A stretch of 64,000 nt of DNA from an uncultured Chloroflexia bacterium (GCA_963776285.1 CAVZLW010000007.1:185415-249414); one strand, 5' to 3'. Counted from the stretch's first letter, positions 47,182 through 56,973 are shown. Numbers and translations: made by a program. Notes: generated by a model not told the origin, from the letters alone.

Positions 47182-48012
47182 ATGACCGACACCGACCCCG
47201 GCGCGAGGGTCTTCCGCCGGCTCAGCGCGACGGGCGAGGGACATGACTTCGACGACCCGACGCTGACCGAGATGGCCACCTCTTTGGCTGCCGACGGCGA
47301 CCGGGAGCTGACGGGGGACCGCGGCGGTGACACGAGCGCGGCGCCGTTCGACCTCGGCATCCCCGCGCCGCGGGCGGTCGACCTCCTGGCCCTCTGGAAG
47401 CTGACCGGCAAGCAGCCCGACCCGATGGTTCTCGCGACGCTCGGGCCGCGGACGCCGATCCTCCTGTCGCACGCCGTCACGGCCTTCCCGGCACCCGGCA
47501 AGCCGCCGCGCGTGTGGGGGATCAACTACGCGAGCTCTTTGTTCGACGTGGACGCGACGACGGTGGACCTGGCCCCGACGAGCGAGCTGCTCGACGTCCT
47601 CAAGGTGGATGCGACGGCCGGGCTCAGCATCGGGCTCGGCGGCGAGCTGAAGGTGCCACCCGTCGCGATCGCCGCGATCCAGCAGGTCCCGGGCGTGACG
47701 CTCAATGCCGCGACGGTCGGCGGCAGCATCAATGAGACGGCGACGCTCCAGATCGACTTCACCATGTCGGTCCCGAAGGTGATTGCGGGCCCGGACGCGT
47801 CAGGCGGGGCCCGCTGGCAGCTCTACGCGCAGGACCGCGCCCTCAACGGCTACCAGGCGCTGCTCCAGACGGTGCTCCTCCCGCCGGGCGTCCGCGCCAT
47901 CCGCGTCGACATCGTCGCGTCGGTGGCTGCCGCGGGCTGGTTCGGCCCGAAGGAATGGACCTACGCGACCGAGTCGTTCCAGGTCTCGCTGGATGGGCTT
48001 CCGAACCCCTGA
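47182..48012 (+). CDS. Hypothetical protein, tightly linked downstream partner of the hydrolase-CHAT gene
   Basis: ATG 14 nt after the CHAT gene stop, with a GAAGGAGA RBS. 276 aa with balanced composition (W/F/Y/K present). No family recognised. Confidence 0.6.
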   Translation: MTDTDPGARVFRRLSATGEGHDFDDPTLTEMATSLAADGDRELTGDRGGDTSAAPFDLGIPAPRAVDLLALWKLTGKQPDPMVLATLGPRTPILLSHAVTAFPAPGKPPRVWGINYASSLFDVDATTVDLAPTSELLDVLKVDATAGLSIGLGGELKVPPVAIAAIQQVPGVTLNAATVGGSINETATLQIDFTMSVPKVIAGPDASGGARWQLYAQDRALNGYQALLQTVLLPPGVRAIRVDIVASVAAAGWFGPKEWTYATESFQVSLDGLPNP

Positions 48013-48076
48013 CCACCGGGGGCGCGGAGGGCACGCTGCACACCCTGCCCCGCGTTGACGCGACGCCCGGCGGGTC

Positions 48077-48484
48077 TCAGGGCAGGCGCGCGTCCCGCCC
48101 GGGGATCCCCAATGCCGACAGCTCGCCGGCGAAGCCCTCGAGGTCGTCGACGCCGACGTAGAGCGCCGGGACCATCAGGCGTCCCCACCGGACCGGCGTC
48201 CGGAAGTCGAGGCGGACGCCGCCCCTGGGGCTTCCGGCGAACGAGACATCCGCGTGCCGGACGCTGCGCCGCACTCCGATCGCCGTGATCCAGCGCCACG
48301 GCCCCTCGATCCGCCAGCCCGTGACGTTGGTCACGGGGACCCGGAACTCGAACCGCCCGAAGCGAGCCGTGACCTGGCCGTCGGCCACCGTCGCCCACGC
48401 TCGTTCAGGGGTGACCCCGAAGACGATGCGCAGGAACGGGCCCGACTTCCGCCCGATCCGGATCGGATATCGCGGCGCTTCCAT
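48077..48484 (-). CDS. Hypothetical protein
   Basis: ~135 aa from MEAPRYPIRIGRKSGPFLRIVFGV... It contains W/F/Y-rich segments unlike spurious GC-frame ORFs, but no family was recognised. Confidence 0.4.
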   Translation of the reverse strand: MEAPRYPIRIGRKSGPFLRIVFGVTPERAWATVADGQVTARFGRFEFRVPVTNVTGWRIEGPWRWITAIGVRRSVRHADVSFAGSPRGGVRLDFRTPVRWGRLMVPALYVGVDDLEGFAGELSALGIPGRDARLP

Positions 48485-48661
48485 CAGCGCGCAGGGTACC
48501 CCCGGATCCACGAGGACCCCCGACGCGCCGTCCGGCCAACCTGCCGGCCTGGCGGGGGCGGCGGGCGGCGCGCCCTGTCTCGTCGCCACCGGCGCGCACC
48601 CGGGGCGACATGACGCGATCCCGGTGAAGTACCGTGGGGTTCCGCACGCTGGAGGATCGAG

Positions 48662-48847
48662 ATGGTCAAGGACGCGACCGGCCGCGAGGGCTACTCCGCC
48701 GGGGCGATGGCCAAGGAGCTTGGCATTCCGCCCCCCGCCGTGAAGAAGGCGTTGGCCGGTCTCAAGATCGAACCCGACTTCGTGAAGGCGGGCTGCGCCT
48801 ACTACTTCGCGGAGCGCGTCGAGGCCGTTCGCCAGACCCTTCACTGA
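48662..48847 (+). CDS. Small (61 aa) hypothetical protein, possibly DNA-binding
   Basis: Strong RBS GGAGGATCGAG before the ATG. Composition is balanced (K/E/F/Y). A helix-turn-helix-like stretch is MAKELGIPPPAVKKALAGL. Confidence 0.5.
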   Translation: MVKDATGREGYSAGAMAKELGIPPPAVKKALAGLKIEPDFVKAGCAYYFAERVEAVRQTLH

Positions 48848-48938
48848 TCGCAGAGGCGCCGGTCGCTGCCGTCGGCCGGGCGCCTCGTGCGCCGGCTCCC
48901 CTGGCGTGGAATTGAGGCGCGCCCGCTACCATCCGCGG

Positions 48939-49841
48939 ATGCAGACCGAGCGGATCCCGGTGACCGGCGGGGTGGAGCTGGCGGTCGACAGGTGGGCGCC
49001 GGCCCCGGACGAACGGCGATCGGTCGACGTCGGGCAGGCGCCGGCGCCGGGTCGGCCCGAGCTTCCGCCGTTCGTGCTCGTCCACGGCCTCGCGTCGAAC
49101 GCGCGCCTCTGGGACGGCGTTGCCACGGGCCTCGCGGCAGGCGGCCACGCGGTGGTGACGGTCGACCTTCGCGGCCACGGCCGCTCGTCCAAGCCCGACG
49201 GCCCGTACGACGTGCCCACGGTTGCCGACGACGTGGCGGCGCTCATCGCCGGTCTCGGGCTGGATCGCCCCGTGGTCGCCGGCCAGTCGTGGGGTGGCAA
49301 CGTGGTCATGGAGCTGGCGGCGCGGCACCCGGCCGCAACGCGAGGCATCGTCTGCGTGGACGGCGGCTGGCTCGAGCCCAGCCGCGCGTTCCCGGACTGG
49401 GAGGCCTGCCGGCGTGCCCTCGCCCCGCCCCGCCTCGCCGGCCGGCGCCTGGCCGAGATCGAGAGCTACGTCCGCTCCGCCCACCGCGACTGGCCCGAGG
49501 CCGGCATCCGGGGCACGCTCGCCAACTTCGAGGTCCGACCGGATGGGACGGTCGCCCCGTGGCTGACCTACGAGCGCCACATCGCGGTCCTGCGCGGGCT
49601 CTGGGAGCACCACCCGTCCCGGCGCTACGGAGAGGTGGGCGTCCCGGTCCTCCTCGTGCCCGCCGACACCGGCGAGCCGGACTGGACGGAGCGCAAGCGG
49701 CGGGACGTGGATGCCGCGCTCGCCGCGCTCCCGAACGCGCGAGCGCGCTGGTTCACGGGTGATCACGACATCCATGCTCAGCGCCCGGACGAGCTCGGGG
49801 ACGTGATGCACACGATGACCATGAACGGGTTCTTCGCATGA
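48939..49841 (+). CDS. alpha/beta hydrolase fold protein
   Basis: FVLVHGLASNARLWDGVA and the nucleophile elbow VVAGQSWGGNVVM. The stop overlaps the next start (ATGA). Confidence 0.75.
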   Translation: MQTERIPVTGGVELAVDRWAPAPDERRSVDVGQAPAPGRPELPPFVLVHGLASNARLWDGVATGLAAGGHAVVTVDLRGHGRSSKPDGPYDVPTVADDVAALIAGLGLDRPVVAGQSWGGNVVMELAARHPAATRGIVCVDGGWLEPSRAFPDWEACRRALAPPRLAGRRLAEIESYVRSAHRDWPEAGIRGTLANFEVRPDGTVAPWLTYERHIAVLRGLWEHHPSRRYGEVGVPVLLVPADTGEPDWTERKRRDVDAALAALPNARARWFTGDHDIHAQRPDELGDVMHTMTMNGFFA

Positions 49842-51142
49842 GCCGGCCGCCGTCCGAGGGCCGCGGGATCCTGGCGATCATGGGCTCGGGCGAGACGGCG
49901 CCGACGATGGCCAAGGTCCATCGCGCCCTCTTCGAGCGCCTCGGCCGCGAGCCCGCGCCGGCGACGATCGTCGATACGCCGTACGGCTTCCAGGAGAACG
50001 CCGACGAGCTCAGCGCCCGCACGGTCGAGTTCTTCGCGTCGAGCGTCGGGCGGCCCGTGTCGGTCGCCTCGTACCGGTCGCGCGACGTCGACCCTGTGAC
50101 GCTGGCGAGTGCGGTGGCCCGGATCCGCGAGGCACGCTACGTCATGGCCGGACCCGGCAGCCCGAGCTACGCCCTGCGCCACTGGGCGGGCGGGCCGATT
50201 CCCGGCGCCCTGGCCGGCACGCTGTCGGGCGGCGGCATCCTGACGATGGCGAGCGCGGCCGCCCTCACCCTGGGCGCGGTGACGATCCCCGTCTACGAGA
50301 TCTACAAGGTCGGGGAGGATCCGCGCTGGCTCGAGGGCCTGGACCTCCTCGCCCCGGCGACCGGCCTCCGCGCGGCCGTCGTCCCCCATTACGACAACGC
50401 CGAGGGCGGCAATCACGACACCCGTTTCTGCTATATGGGCGAGCGCCGCCTGCGGGTCCTGGAGCGGATGCTGCCGGAGGGCGTCTTCATCCTCGGCGTC
50501 GACAGTCACACGGCCCTGGTCCTCGATCTCGAGCGCCGCTCCGCATCCGTCACGGGCCTTGGCGGGATCACCATCCGGGTCGGCGGTCGGAGCATCGCCT
50601 ACCCGAGCGGCAGCGAGATCCGCGTCGAGAGACTGGCCGAAGTCGCGCGCGGGCTCGCCGCGGGCAAGGCGGTGGACCTCGGCCGGGAGCGCGTCGATGG
50701 CGGCCCGGGCGCCGGACCGGGCCAGCCGGCGCGATCGAGCGCCCCCCTGCGCGACGCGGTGGCCCAACAGGAAGGAACGTTCATCGAGGCCCTCGACCGT
50801 GGCGACACGCGCGCGGCCGTGGCGGCGCTCCTGGACCTGGAGTCGGACATCTCCGGCCGGATCCGGAGTGGCGAGGACAGCCCCGACCTGGACAATGCCG
50901 ACGCGACCTTCCGCTCGCTCATCGCCCGTCTCGGTGAGCGGGCCCAGGTCGGGATGCGCGACCCCCGGGCCATGCTGGACCCGTTCGTGATGGTGCTCCT
51001 CGAGCTGCGGGCTCGTGCCCGCGCCGGCCGCGACTGGGAGACGGCCGACCTCATCCGCGACCGGCTCGCGGCGGCGGGGGTCGAGGTCCGCGACCAGGCT
51101 GGCGGTTCGAGCTGGGTGCTTGCCGGGCAGACGCCTCGCTGA
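49838..51142 (+). CDS. Hypothetical two-domain protein: N-terminal class-I glutamine-amidotransferase-like / peptidase S51 (cyanophycinase, dipeptidase E)-like domain and C-terminal CysRS/MshC C-terminal-like helical domain
   Basis: ILAIMGSGETAP...YVMAGPGSPSY resembles S51/GATase1-like folds. The C-terminal RDWETADLIRDRLAAAGVEVRDQAGGSSWV resembles the cysteinyl-tRNA synthetase C-terminal segment. Assignment is tentative. Confidence 0.5.
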   Translation: MSRPPSEGRGILAIMGSGETAPTMAKVHRALFERLGREPAPATIVDTPYGFQENADELSARTVEFFASSVGRPVSVASYRSRDVDPVTLASAVARIREARYVMAGPGSPSYALRHWAGGPIPGALAGTLSGGGILTMASAAALTLGAVTIPVYEIYKVGEDPRWLEGLDLLAPATGLRAAVVPHYDNAEGGNHDTRFCYMGERRLRVLERMLPEGVFILGVDSHTALVLDLERRSASVTGLGGITIRVGGRSIAYPSGSEIRVERLAEVARGLAAGKAVDLGRERVDGGPGAGPGQPARSSAPLRDAVAQQEGTFIEALDRGDTRAAVAALLDLESDISGRIRSGEDSPDLDNADATFRSLIARLGERAQVGMRDPRAMLDPFVMVLLELRARARAGRDWETADLIRDRLAAAGVEVRDQAGGSSWVLAGQTPR

Positions 51143-51249
51143 GGGGTCCGGCAGGAAGATGCGCGAGGCCCGATGATGTCTCCTCCCGCTCGCTCGAGGC
51201 GTCCCGGCTGGACACTCACACACGTGACACCACGTCCACGGGCAGCGCG

Positions 51250-52560
51250 GTGACCGCTGCCGGAGACCTCGACGACGCCGGCGAGACCGTCGTCGGCCGC
51301 GCCCAGCCCGTTCACCCCTACGTCCACGTCGTCATCGTCGCCGTCATCGCCGCCGTCGCCGTCCTCGCCTGGCTCATCGTCTTCGAGACGGTGAGCCAGC
51401 TCCTCTGGGAGAACGACTTCGTCACGTCGAACCGGTGGATGTTCCCGGTCATCTGCCTGCCGTTCTCGCTCGGCGTCGGCCTGCTGGTGAAGTACCGCCA
51501 CGCCCCCACCAACCTGGACGGCTCGATGCTCGACAGCCTCGGCGGCGACCCCTCGAAGATCGACTGGCGAGCGCTGCCGCTGAACGTGGTGATGGCCCTC
51601 GTGTCGCTCTTCTCGGGAGCCGTGCTGGGCCCGGAGGGCGGGATCGGCGGCATCGCCTCCAAGATCGCCGCTCTCTACGGCGAGAAGGTGGGGGTCCCGG
51701 TCGAACACCGCTCGCGACTCGTCTTCTCGACGCTCGCCGCCGCGTACAACGGCCTGATCGCGAGCCCGCTCTTCACCGGGGTGTTGGGCACCGAGCTCGT
51801 GAAGGATCCCGAGGCACGCACCCGGAACCTGCCGGCAAACCTCATCGGCGGGTCGATCGGGTACTTCGTGTTCCTCGCGGCGGGGAGCTCGGGACTGCAG
51901 AACTACCTGCATCTCGCGCCCAGTCAGCCGTTCGCGCCCGCCGACGTCGTCCTCGTGGTCCTCTTCGGCATGGTCGGGCTGACCATGGCAATCGTCGCCG
52001 GCGGCATGTTCCGGGCGGCGAGCGCCTTCTTCGGGCGGTTCGAGGGCCGGGAGGTGGAGCGGGCGCTCGTCGCAGGGATCGCATTCAGCGTGGTTGGCAT
52101 GGCCGCGCCGATCCTCCTGTTCTCGGGCGAGTCCCAGGTCCAGGCGGTCGTGGCCGATCCGGCGAAGTACGGGCCGTTCCTCCTCGTGGTGATGGCGCTC
52201 GTCAAGCTTGCCCTGCTCGCGGTCGCCTTCAAGAGCGGCTTCCTCGGAGGGCCGACGTTTCCGGCGATCTTCGCCTCGGTCTGCGTCGCTCTCTCGATCA
52301 GCCTGCTGTTCCCGGGAATCCGCATCGACGTGCTGATCGGTGGCGTCATGGCGGGATTCCTGATGGTCCTGTTCCGTGCTCCGTTCATGGTCACCCTGCT
52401 GACGGTCGTCATGCTCCAGGCCGGTGCCGTCCTGACGGGGCTCATCGTCCTCGCCGTGGCCGCGGTGATGATCGTCCAGCCCTATGTCCAGGCCGCCATC
52501 ACGAGCCGCCAGGCGGCGCGGAGGGGACGGGCGGCCCGGGGAGGTCCGGCCGCGGGGTAA
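51250..52560 (+). CDS. Voltage-gated chloride channel (ClC) family protein
   Basis: GxEGP-type selectivity motif (VLGPEGGIGG), GK/TPxF-like region (LGGPTFPAIF), and ~10-12 TM segments. Confidence 0.8.
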   Translation: MTAAGDLDDAGETVVGRAQPVHPYVHVVIVAVIAAVAVLAWLIVFETVSQLLWENDFVTSNRWMFPVICLPFSLGVGLLVKYRHAPTNLDGSMLDSLGGDPSKIDWRALPLNVVMALVSLFSGAVLGPEGGIGGIASKIAALYGEKVGVPVEHRSRLVFSTLAAAYNGLIASPLFTGVLGTELVKDPEARTRNLPANLIGGSIGYFVFLAAGSSGLQNYLHLAPSQPFAPADVVLVVLFGMVGLTMAIVAGGMFRAASAFFGRFEGREVERALVAGIAFSVVGMAAPILLFSGESQVQAVVADPAKYGPFLLVVMALVKLALLAVAFKSGFLGGPTFPAIFASVCVALSISLLFPGIRIDVLIGGVMAGFLMVLFRAPFMVTLLTVVMLQAGAVLTGLIVLAVAAVMIVQPYVQAAITSRQAARRGRAARGGPAAG

Positions 52561-52671
52561 CGGCGGGAGAAGCGCGCAGCCCGGGTCGCGGGCATCCCGG
52601 GCTCGAACCCACCCGCCGTCGGCGCGCGTATCACCGACAGGGGGCGCCAGCCCTGCTCGCGGGAGGACACC

Positions 52672-52788
52672 ATGGCGACAATTCGCGAACTGATCTCCGG
52701 CCGGCCCCGGCTCGCGGCTGCTCTGCTGGTCGTCGTGTCGATCGTGATGGCCGCCTGCAACTCGGGCGGAGGTGGATCCGGGTACTGA
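52672..52788 (+). CDS. 38-aa lipoprotein-signal-like small ORF
   Basis: RBS GGGAGGA. MATIRELISGRPRLAAALLVVVSIVMAACNSGGGGSGY has an n-region, h-region and lipobox (MAAC), with only 10 residues after the Cys. Confidence 0.3.
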   Translation: MATIRELISGRPRLAAALLVVVSIVMAACNSGGGGSGY

Positions 52789-52829
52789 CCTCGAGGACGG
52801 GCGGCCCATCCACCTCCACCGCCGCCCGC

Positions 52830-52854
52830 GCACCGGGGCGCGCCGCCCCGGTGC
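52830..52854 (+). terminator. Perfect 11-bp GC hairpin downstream of the small lipoprotein-like ORF (no U-tract)
   Basis: GCACCGGGGCG-cgc-CGCCCCGGTGC. Confidence 0.3.
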
Positions 52855-53171
52855 GTCGACGCGTTGACCGGTGCCCCGGGTCATCGGTTCGCCGGCGACC
52901 CGGGCGAGACGGGCTTGCCGGGGCCGAGACGACAGAGGCCGGATGCCCCTGCGAGGGCGGCACCCGCGCACGCCGCCGATCGGCGATCATGGCGGCGACC
53001 GTGACGTGGCGCTCACCATCCCTCCGGGGATGCCTCCACCGCGCGGGCTGAAGCAGGTGCAAGCAGCCGGAGGGGCGCAGGCTCCCGATGACCGACGGGT
53101 TCGCATCTCGCCCGCCGGTCCGGATTCTCGGCGTCTGCGCCCGGGCCCCGCGCCAGGGCGCAGGCTGACCC

Positions 53172-54413
53172 GTGGCCCGACCGCGCCGCGACGTCACGTT
53201 GCTCTTCGCCACGCGCGGCCTGCGCATGTTCGGCTACGGCTTCCTGGCCGTCGTCCTCGTCCTGTACCTCGACGCGCTCGGATACTCGGGCGGCGAGGTG
53301 GGACTCCTGCTCGCACTCACCCTCATCGGCGACGCCGCCATCTCCCTCTGGCTCACCACGCATGCCGATCGGATCGGGCGGCGGCGGGTCCTGGTCGCAG
53401 GGGCCGGCCTCATGCTGGCCGCCGGGCTGGCCTTCGTGGCGACCCCGATCTACGCGGTCCTCGTCGTCGCCGCCACGATCGGCGTCATCAGCCCGAGCGG
53501 GAACGAGGTGGGGCCCTTCCTCGCCGTCGAGCAGGCGTCGCTCTCCCAGCTCGTCGATCCACGGGGCCGGACGGGCCTGTTCGCGCGCTATCAGCTGGCC
53601 GGCTCCCTGGCCACCGCCGTCGGCTCCCTGGTTGCCGGGGTCGTCGCCCAGCTGGCCATCGATCGCGGGGCCGGCACGGCAGACGCGTACCGGCTGGTGA
53701 TCGCCGGCTACGCCCTGGTCGGGATCGGCCTCGCCGTCCTCTTCTCGCGCGTCTCGGTCGACGTGGAGGTGCCCGCGGCCGAGCTCACGGACCCGACGAT
53801 CCGCTCGCGCCTCGGCCTGCACCGCTCGCAAGGGGTCGTGCTGCGGCTCTCGGCCCTCTTCGCCCTCGACGCCTTCGCCGGCGGGTTCGTCATGCAGAGC
53901 TTCATCGCCTTCTGGTTCAGCCAGCGTTTCGGCGTGGACCCGACGCAGCTCGGCGTGATCCTCTTCGGGGCCAACATCCTGGCCGGCGTGTCCGCGCTGG
54001 CCGCCGGTCCCCTTGCCGCCCGGTTCGGCCTGGTGAGGACGATGGTCTTCACGCACCTTCCGTCGAACGTCTTGCTGGCGCTGGTGCCCTTCATGCCGAG
54101 CCTGCCTCTCGCGGTGGCCGTCCTCCTGGTCCGCTTCAGCATCAGCCAGATGGACGTGCCGACCCGCCAGTCGTACACGATGGCGATCGTCGACCCTGAC
54201 GAACGCTCGGCGGCGGCCGGGGTGACCGGTGTCGCGCGCAGCATCGGCGTCGCCGTCTCGCCCCTGATCGCCGGGCCGCTCTACCTCGGGACCGCCTTCG
54301 CCGGGGCGCCCTTCGTCATCGCCGGGGGCCTGAAGGTCGTCTACGACCTGCTCCTGTACCGCCGATTCCAGGCCGTCCGCCCCCCGGAGGAGAGCTCCGC
54401 GCCGCACCCGTGA
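53172..54413 (+). CDS. MFS transporter
   Basis: 12 TM helices. MFS motif A-like region DRIGRRRVLVAG. Confidence 0.8.
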   Translation: MARPRRDVTLLFATRGLRMFGYGFLAVVLVLYLDALGYSGGEVGLLLALTLIGDAAISLWLTTHADRIGRRRVLVAGAGLMLAAGLAFVATPIYAVLVVAATIGVISPSGNEVGPFLAVEQASLSQLVDPRGRTGLFARYQLAGSLATAVGSLVAGVVAQLAIDRGAGTADAYRLVIAGYALVGIGLAVLFSRVSVDVEVPAAELTDPTIRSRLGLHRSQGVVLRLSALFALDAFAGGFVMQSFIAFWFSQRFGVDPTQLGVILFGANILAGVSALAAGPLAARFGLVRTMVFTHLPSNVLLALVPFMPSLPLAVAVLLVRFSISQMDVPTRQSYTMAIVDPDERSAAAGVTGVARSIGVAVSPLIAGPLYLGTAFAGAPFVIAGGLKVVYDLLLYRRFQAVRPPEESSAPHP

Positions 54414-54437
54414 CGGGCGCCGCCGCCGCGGGGACGT

Positions 54438-55871
54438 TCAGGGAGCCGTCGCCTCGCCGAGCCAGGCCGATCCGGCGTCCCCGATCCAGAGGAGCCCGAT
54501 CGGCAGGGCCAGGAGACGCCAGGACTGGTCGGGTGGCGTGACCGGGGAGATCGCCAGCGGCTGCCAGGTCAGCCCGTCGAACGAGGTCCACGCCGCGGGT
54601 CGCGTGCCACCCCGGTAGCCGACGAACCGCTCGCCGTCGGCCACGAGCTCGCCGTCCGGAACAAGCCCCGTGCCCTCTCCCTGGCCCTCCCAGACTCCGA
54701 GCGGTGGATAGCCGGGGAGCGGCTTCCACGCCCGGCCGGTCGTCGTCGACCACCACAGCGCCTGGCCCGGAGTGGCATTCGTGTCGCCCAGCCCCACGAG
54801 TCCGTTCGACCCAACCGCGAGGCTCCTGGCATAGCCCGGCCCCGACGCCGGCATCGTGACCGGTGTCCAGGTCCGCCCATCCCCGCTCCACAACGCCCCG
54901 GCGCGGTCTTCCCCCTGCAGCCCGACGGCGACGAACCCGCCCGCGACGGGGGCGATGTCGGAGCAGACGAACCCCGCGGGGAACGCGTCGAGGGGCAGCG
55001 TCTCCCACGCGACGCCGTCGCCCGAGCGCGCGAGGCGGCACGGGCCCTGCGCCTGCGTTGCCAGGAGGCCGGGCGCGACCGGGGGCGCGACGGGAACGGC
55101 GCGCGCGGCCACGATCGTCGCCGGGCGGCGCACCTCGACGACGGCCGCCGGGCGATCCCAGGTCCATGCGACCAGCCCCGGCTGCCCGGCGACCATGCGC
55201 GGCCGGTCGAGGCCTGCGTCGCCCCCGTACACCGCGGGCATCGGGAGGTCCGGTCCGGGGTGGGTGGTCCAGGTCTGGCCGTCGGACGATGCGACGACCT
55301 GCAGGGGTGGAGTGAGCGCCAGGCAGTCGAGCCCGAGGGTCCGGATGTCGCCGGGGCCACAGGTGCTGGCGCCGCCCGTGAGCGTGAGCGCGGCCACGCC
55401 GCCCGCGGTGGGCACGACATCGAGGATCACGGTGGAGGCGCCGAGGACGCCGGGCGCCAGGGCGGTCCAGGTCGCGCCGTCGGGCGAGACCCAGGCGGGC
55501 GTTCGCGACGACGCGCCGCTGACGATGGGGATCCCGACGGCGATGAAGCCGCCCTTCCAGCGGACCACGGATCGCACGCCGGCGAGCGGGTCGCCATCCA
55601 CCAGGGCTCGCCACCGGATGCCGGTCCAGGCCGTCGTCGCGGGCGGCGGGACCGGCGTCGTGAAGCCCGGCAGGGGGCTCGGCGCCGGTGCCGCCGGCGA
55701 CGGCGTGGCACCCGTCGAGGCGGGCGACGGGCTCGCGGCCGTCGCCGGCGACGGCGACGGCGACGCCGACGGACCTGACGACGCCGCGGCGCAGCCTCCC
55801 AGCACGAGGATCGCGGCCGCCGCCAGCGCCGTCGTGGCGACGAGGTGGGACCTCTCCGTTCGCGGGTGCAT
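54438..55871 (-). CDS. Lipoprotein with BNR/Asp-box repeats (sialidase-like beta-propeller)
   Basis: Signal peptide with lipobox (ALAAAAILVLGGC). Five or more S-x-D-G-x-T-W repeats (SPDGATWTAL, SSDGQTWTT, SGDGVAWETL, SGDGRTWTPV, SFDGLTWQPL). Confidence 0.75.
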   Translation of the reverse strand: MHPRTERSHLVATTALAAAAILVLGGCAAASSGPSASPSPSPATAASPSPASTGATPSPAAPAPSPLPGFTTPVPPPATTAWTGIRWRALVDGDPLAGVRSVVRWKGGFIAVGIPIVSGASSRTPAWVSPDGATWTALAPGVLGASTVILDVVPTAGGVAALTLTGGASTCGPGDIRTLGLDCLALTPPLQVVASSDGQTWTTHPGPDLPMPAVYGGDAGLDRPRMVAGQPGLVAWTWDRPAAVVEVRRPATIVAARAVPVAPPVAPGLLATQAQGPCRLARSGDGVAWETLPLDAFPAGFVCSDIAPVAGGFVAVGLQGEDRAGALWSGDGRTWTPVTMPASGPGYARSLAVGSNGLVGLGDTNATPGQALWWSTTTGRAWKPLPGYPPLGVWEGQGEGTGLVPDGELVADGERFVGYRGGTRPAAWTSFDGLTWQPLAISPVTPPDQSWRLLALPIGLLWIGDAGSAWLGEATAP

Positions 55872-56124
55872 CGCGGGCTCCTTCCGGGTGGTGCGTCTTC
55901 GAGGCGAGTCCGGATCACCATCCGACCGTATTCCTGTGGACGGCCGTCCACAAGTCCGGAAGATCATGGAACGGCAACCCGGGCCCTATGACGGGCCGGC
56001 GATCGGTCTGCAGCAGCGCGGCCACGCACGGCGCTCCCCCTGGCGCGGTAGGCTCGTGTCGCGAGGTCGCGCCGGGCGGCCGGACCGGCCGCTCCCTCGA
56101 GGGACCAGCACCTGGAGGCAGACG

Positions 56125-56973
56125 ATGGGTGACACGGCGGAGATCGGCGTCTTCGGCGGCTCGGGCTTCTACTCGCTCCTCGACGACGTCCGCGAGGTCA
56201 AGGTCGACACGCCGTACGGGGCGCCGTCGGACAGCGTCTTCCTGGCAAACGTGGGCGGGCGGAAGGTCGCCTTCCTGCCGCGCCATGGCCGGCGGCACAC
56301 GATCCCGCCGCACCGGATCAACTACCGGGCCAATATCTGGGCGATGCGGGCGCTCGGCGTGAAGGCCGTCATCAGCCCGTGCGCGGCCGGGTCCCTTCAG
56401 CGGAAGGTCGCGCCCGGCGACTTCGTCGTCTGCGACCAGTTCGTGGACCGCACCCGGGGCCGCGACGACACGTTCTTCGACGGGCCGATCGTGAGCCACC
56501 TCAGCGCGGCCGAGATCTATGACCCGGTTCTTCGTTCGATCGCCATCGATGTCATCCGCGAGCACGGCATCCCGCTCCACGAGCACGGCACCGTGGTCGT
56601 GATCCAGGGCCCGCGCTTCTCGACCAAGGCCGAGTCGACATGGTTCTCCGACGCCGGGTGGGAGGTCATCAACATGACCCAGTACCCGGAGGCCTACCTC
56701 TGTCGCGAGCTCGGGATGGCGGTCGTCAACATCAGCCTGATCACCGACTACGACGCCGGCGTCCTGGAAGGAACCGAGGCGGTCGACGCCCTCAGCGTGC
56801 TGGACGTCTTCCAGCAGAACGCGAGCCGGATCCAGAAGGTCGTCCTGGAGATGATCCGCCGGTTCCCGGAGGACCTGGACGCCCTGGGGGCTCGCGAGGC
56901 GCTCGCCGTCACCCGCGGAGACGGCCACGTGATCTCGCCGCTCGACGTGCGGCTGTTCGAGACCGGCCTGTAG
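56125..56973 (+). CDS. mtnP: S-methyl-5'-thioadenosine phosphorylase
   Basis: RBS GGAGG. IGVFGGSGFYSL...FLPRHGRRHTIPPHRINYRANIWAMRALGV is the canonical MTAP/PNP-family pattern. Confidence 0.85.
   Translation: MGDTAEIGVFGGSGFYSLLDDVREVKVDTPYGAPSDSVFLANVGGRKVAFLPRHGRRHTIPPHRINYRANIWAMRALGVKAVISPCAAGSLQRKVAPGDFVVCDQFVDRTRGRDDTFFDGPIVSHLSAAEIYDPVLRSIAIDVIREHGIPLHEHGTVVVIQGPRFSTKAESTWFSDAGWEVINMTQYPEAYLCRELGMAVVNISLITDYDAGVLEGTEAVDALSVLDVFQQNASRIQKVVLEMIRRFPEDLDALGAREALAVTRGDGHVISPLDVRLFETGL

Noticed and set aside
42495-47525. 1676-aa ORF on the - strand
   Set aside because: It is antisense to the NhaP antiporter and hydrolase-CHAT genes. The composition is dominated by R/G/D/P runs with no domain signature.
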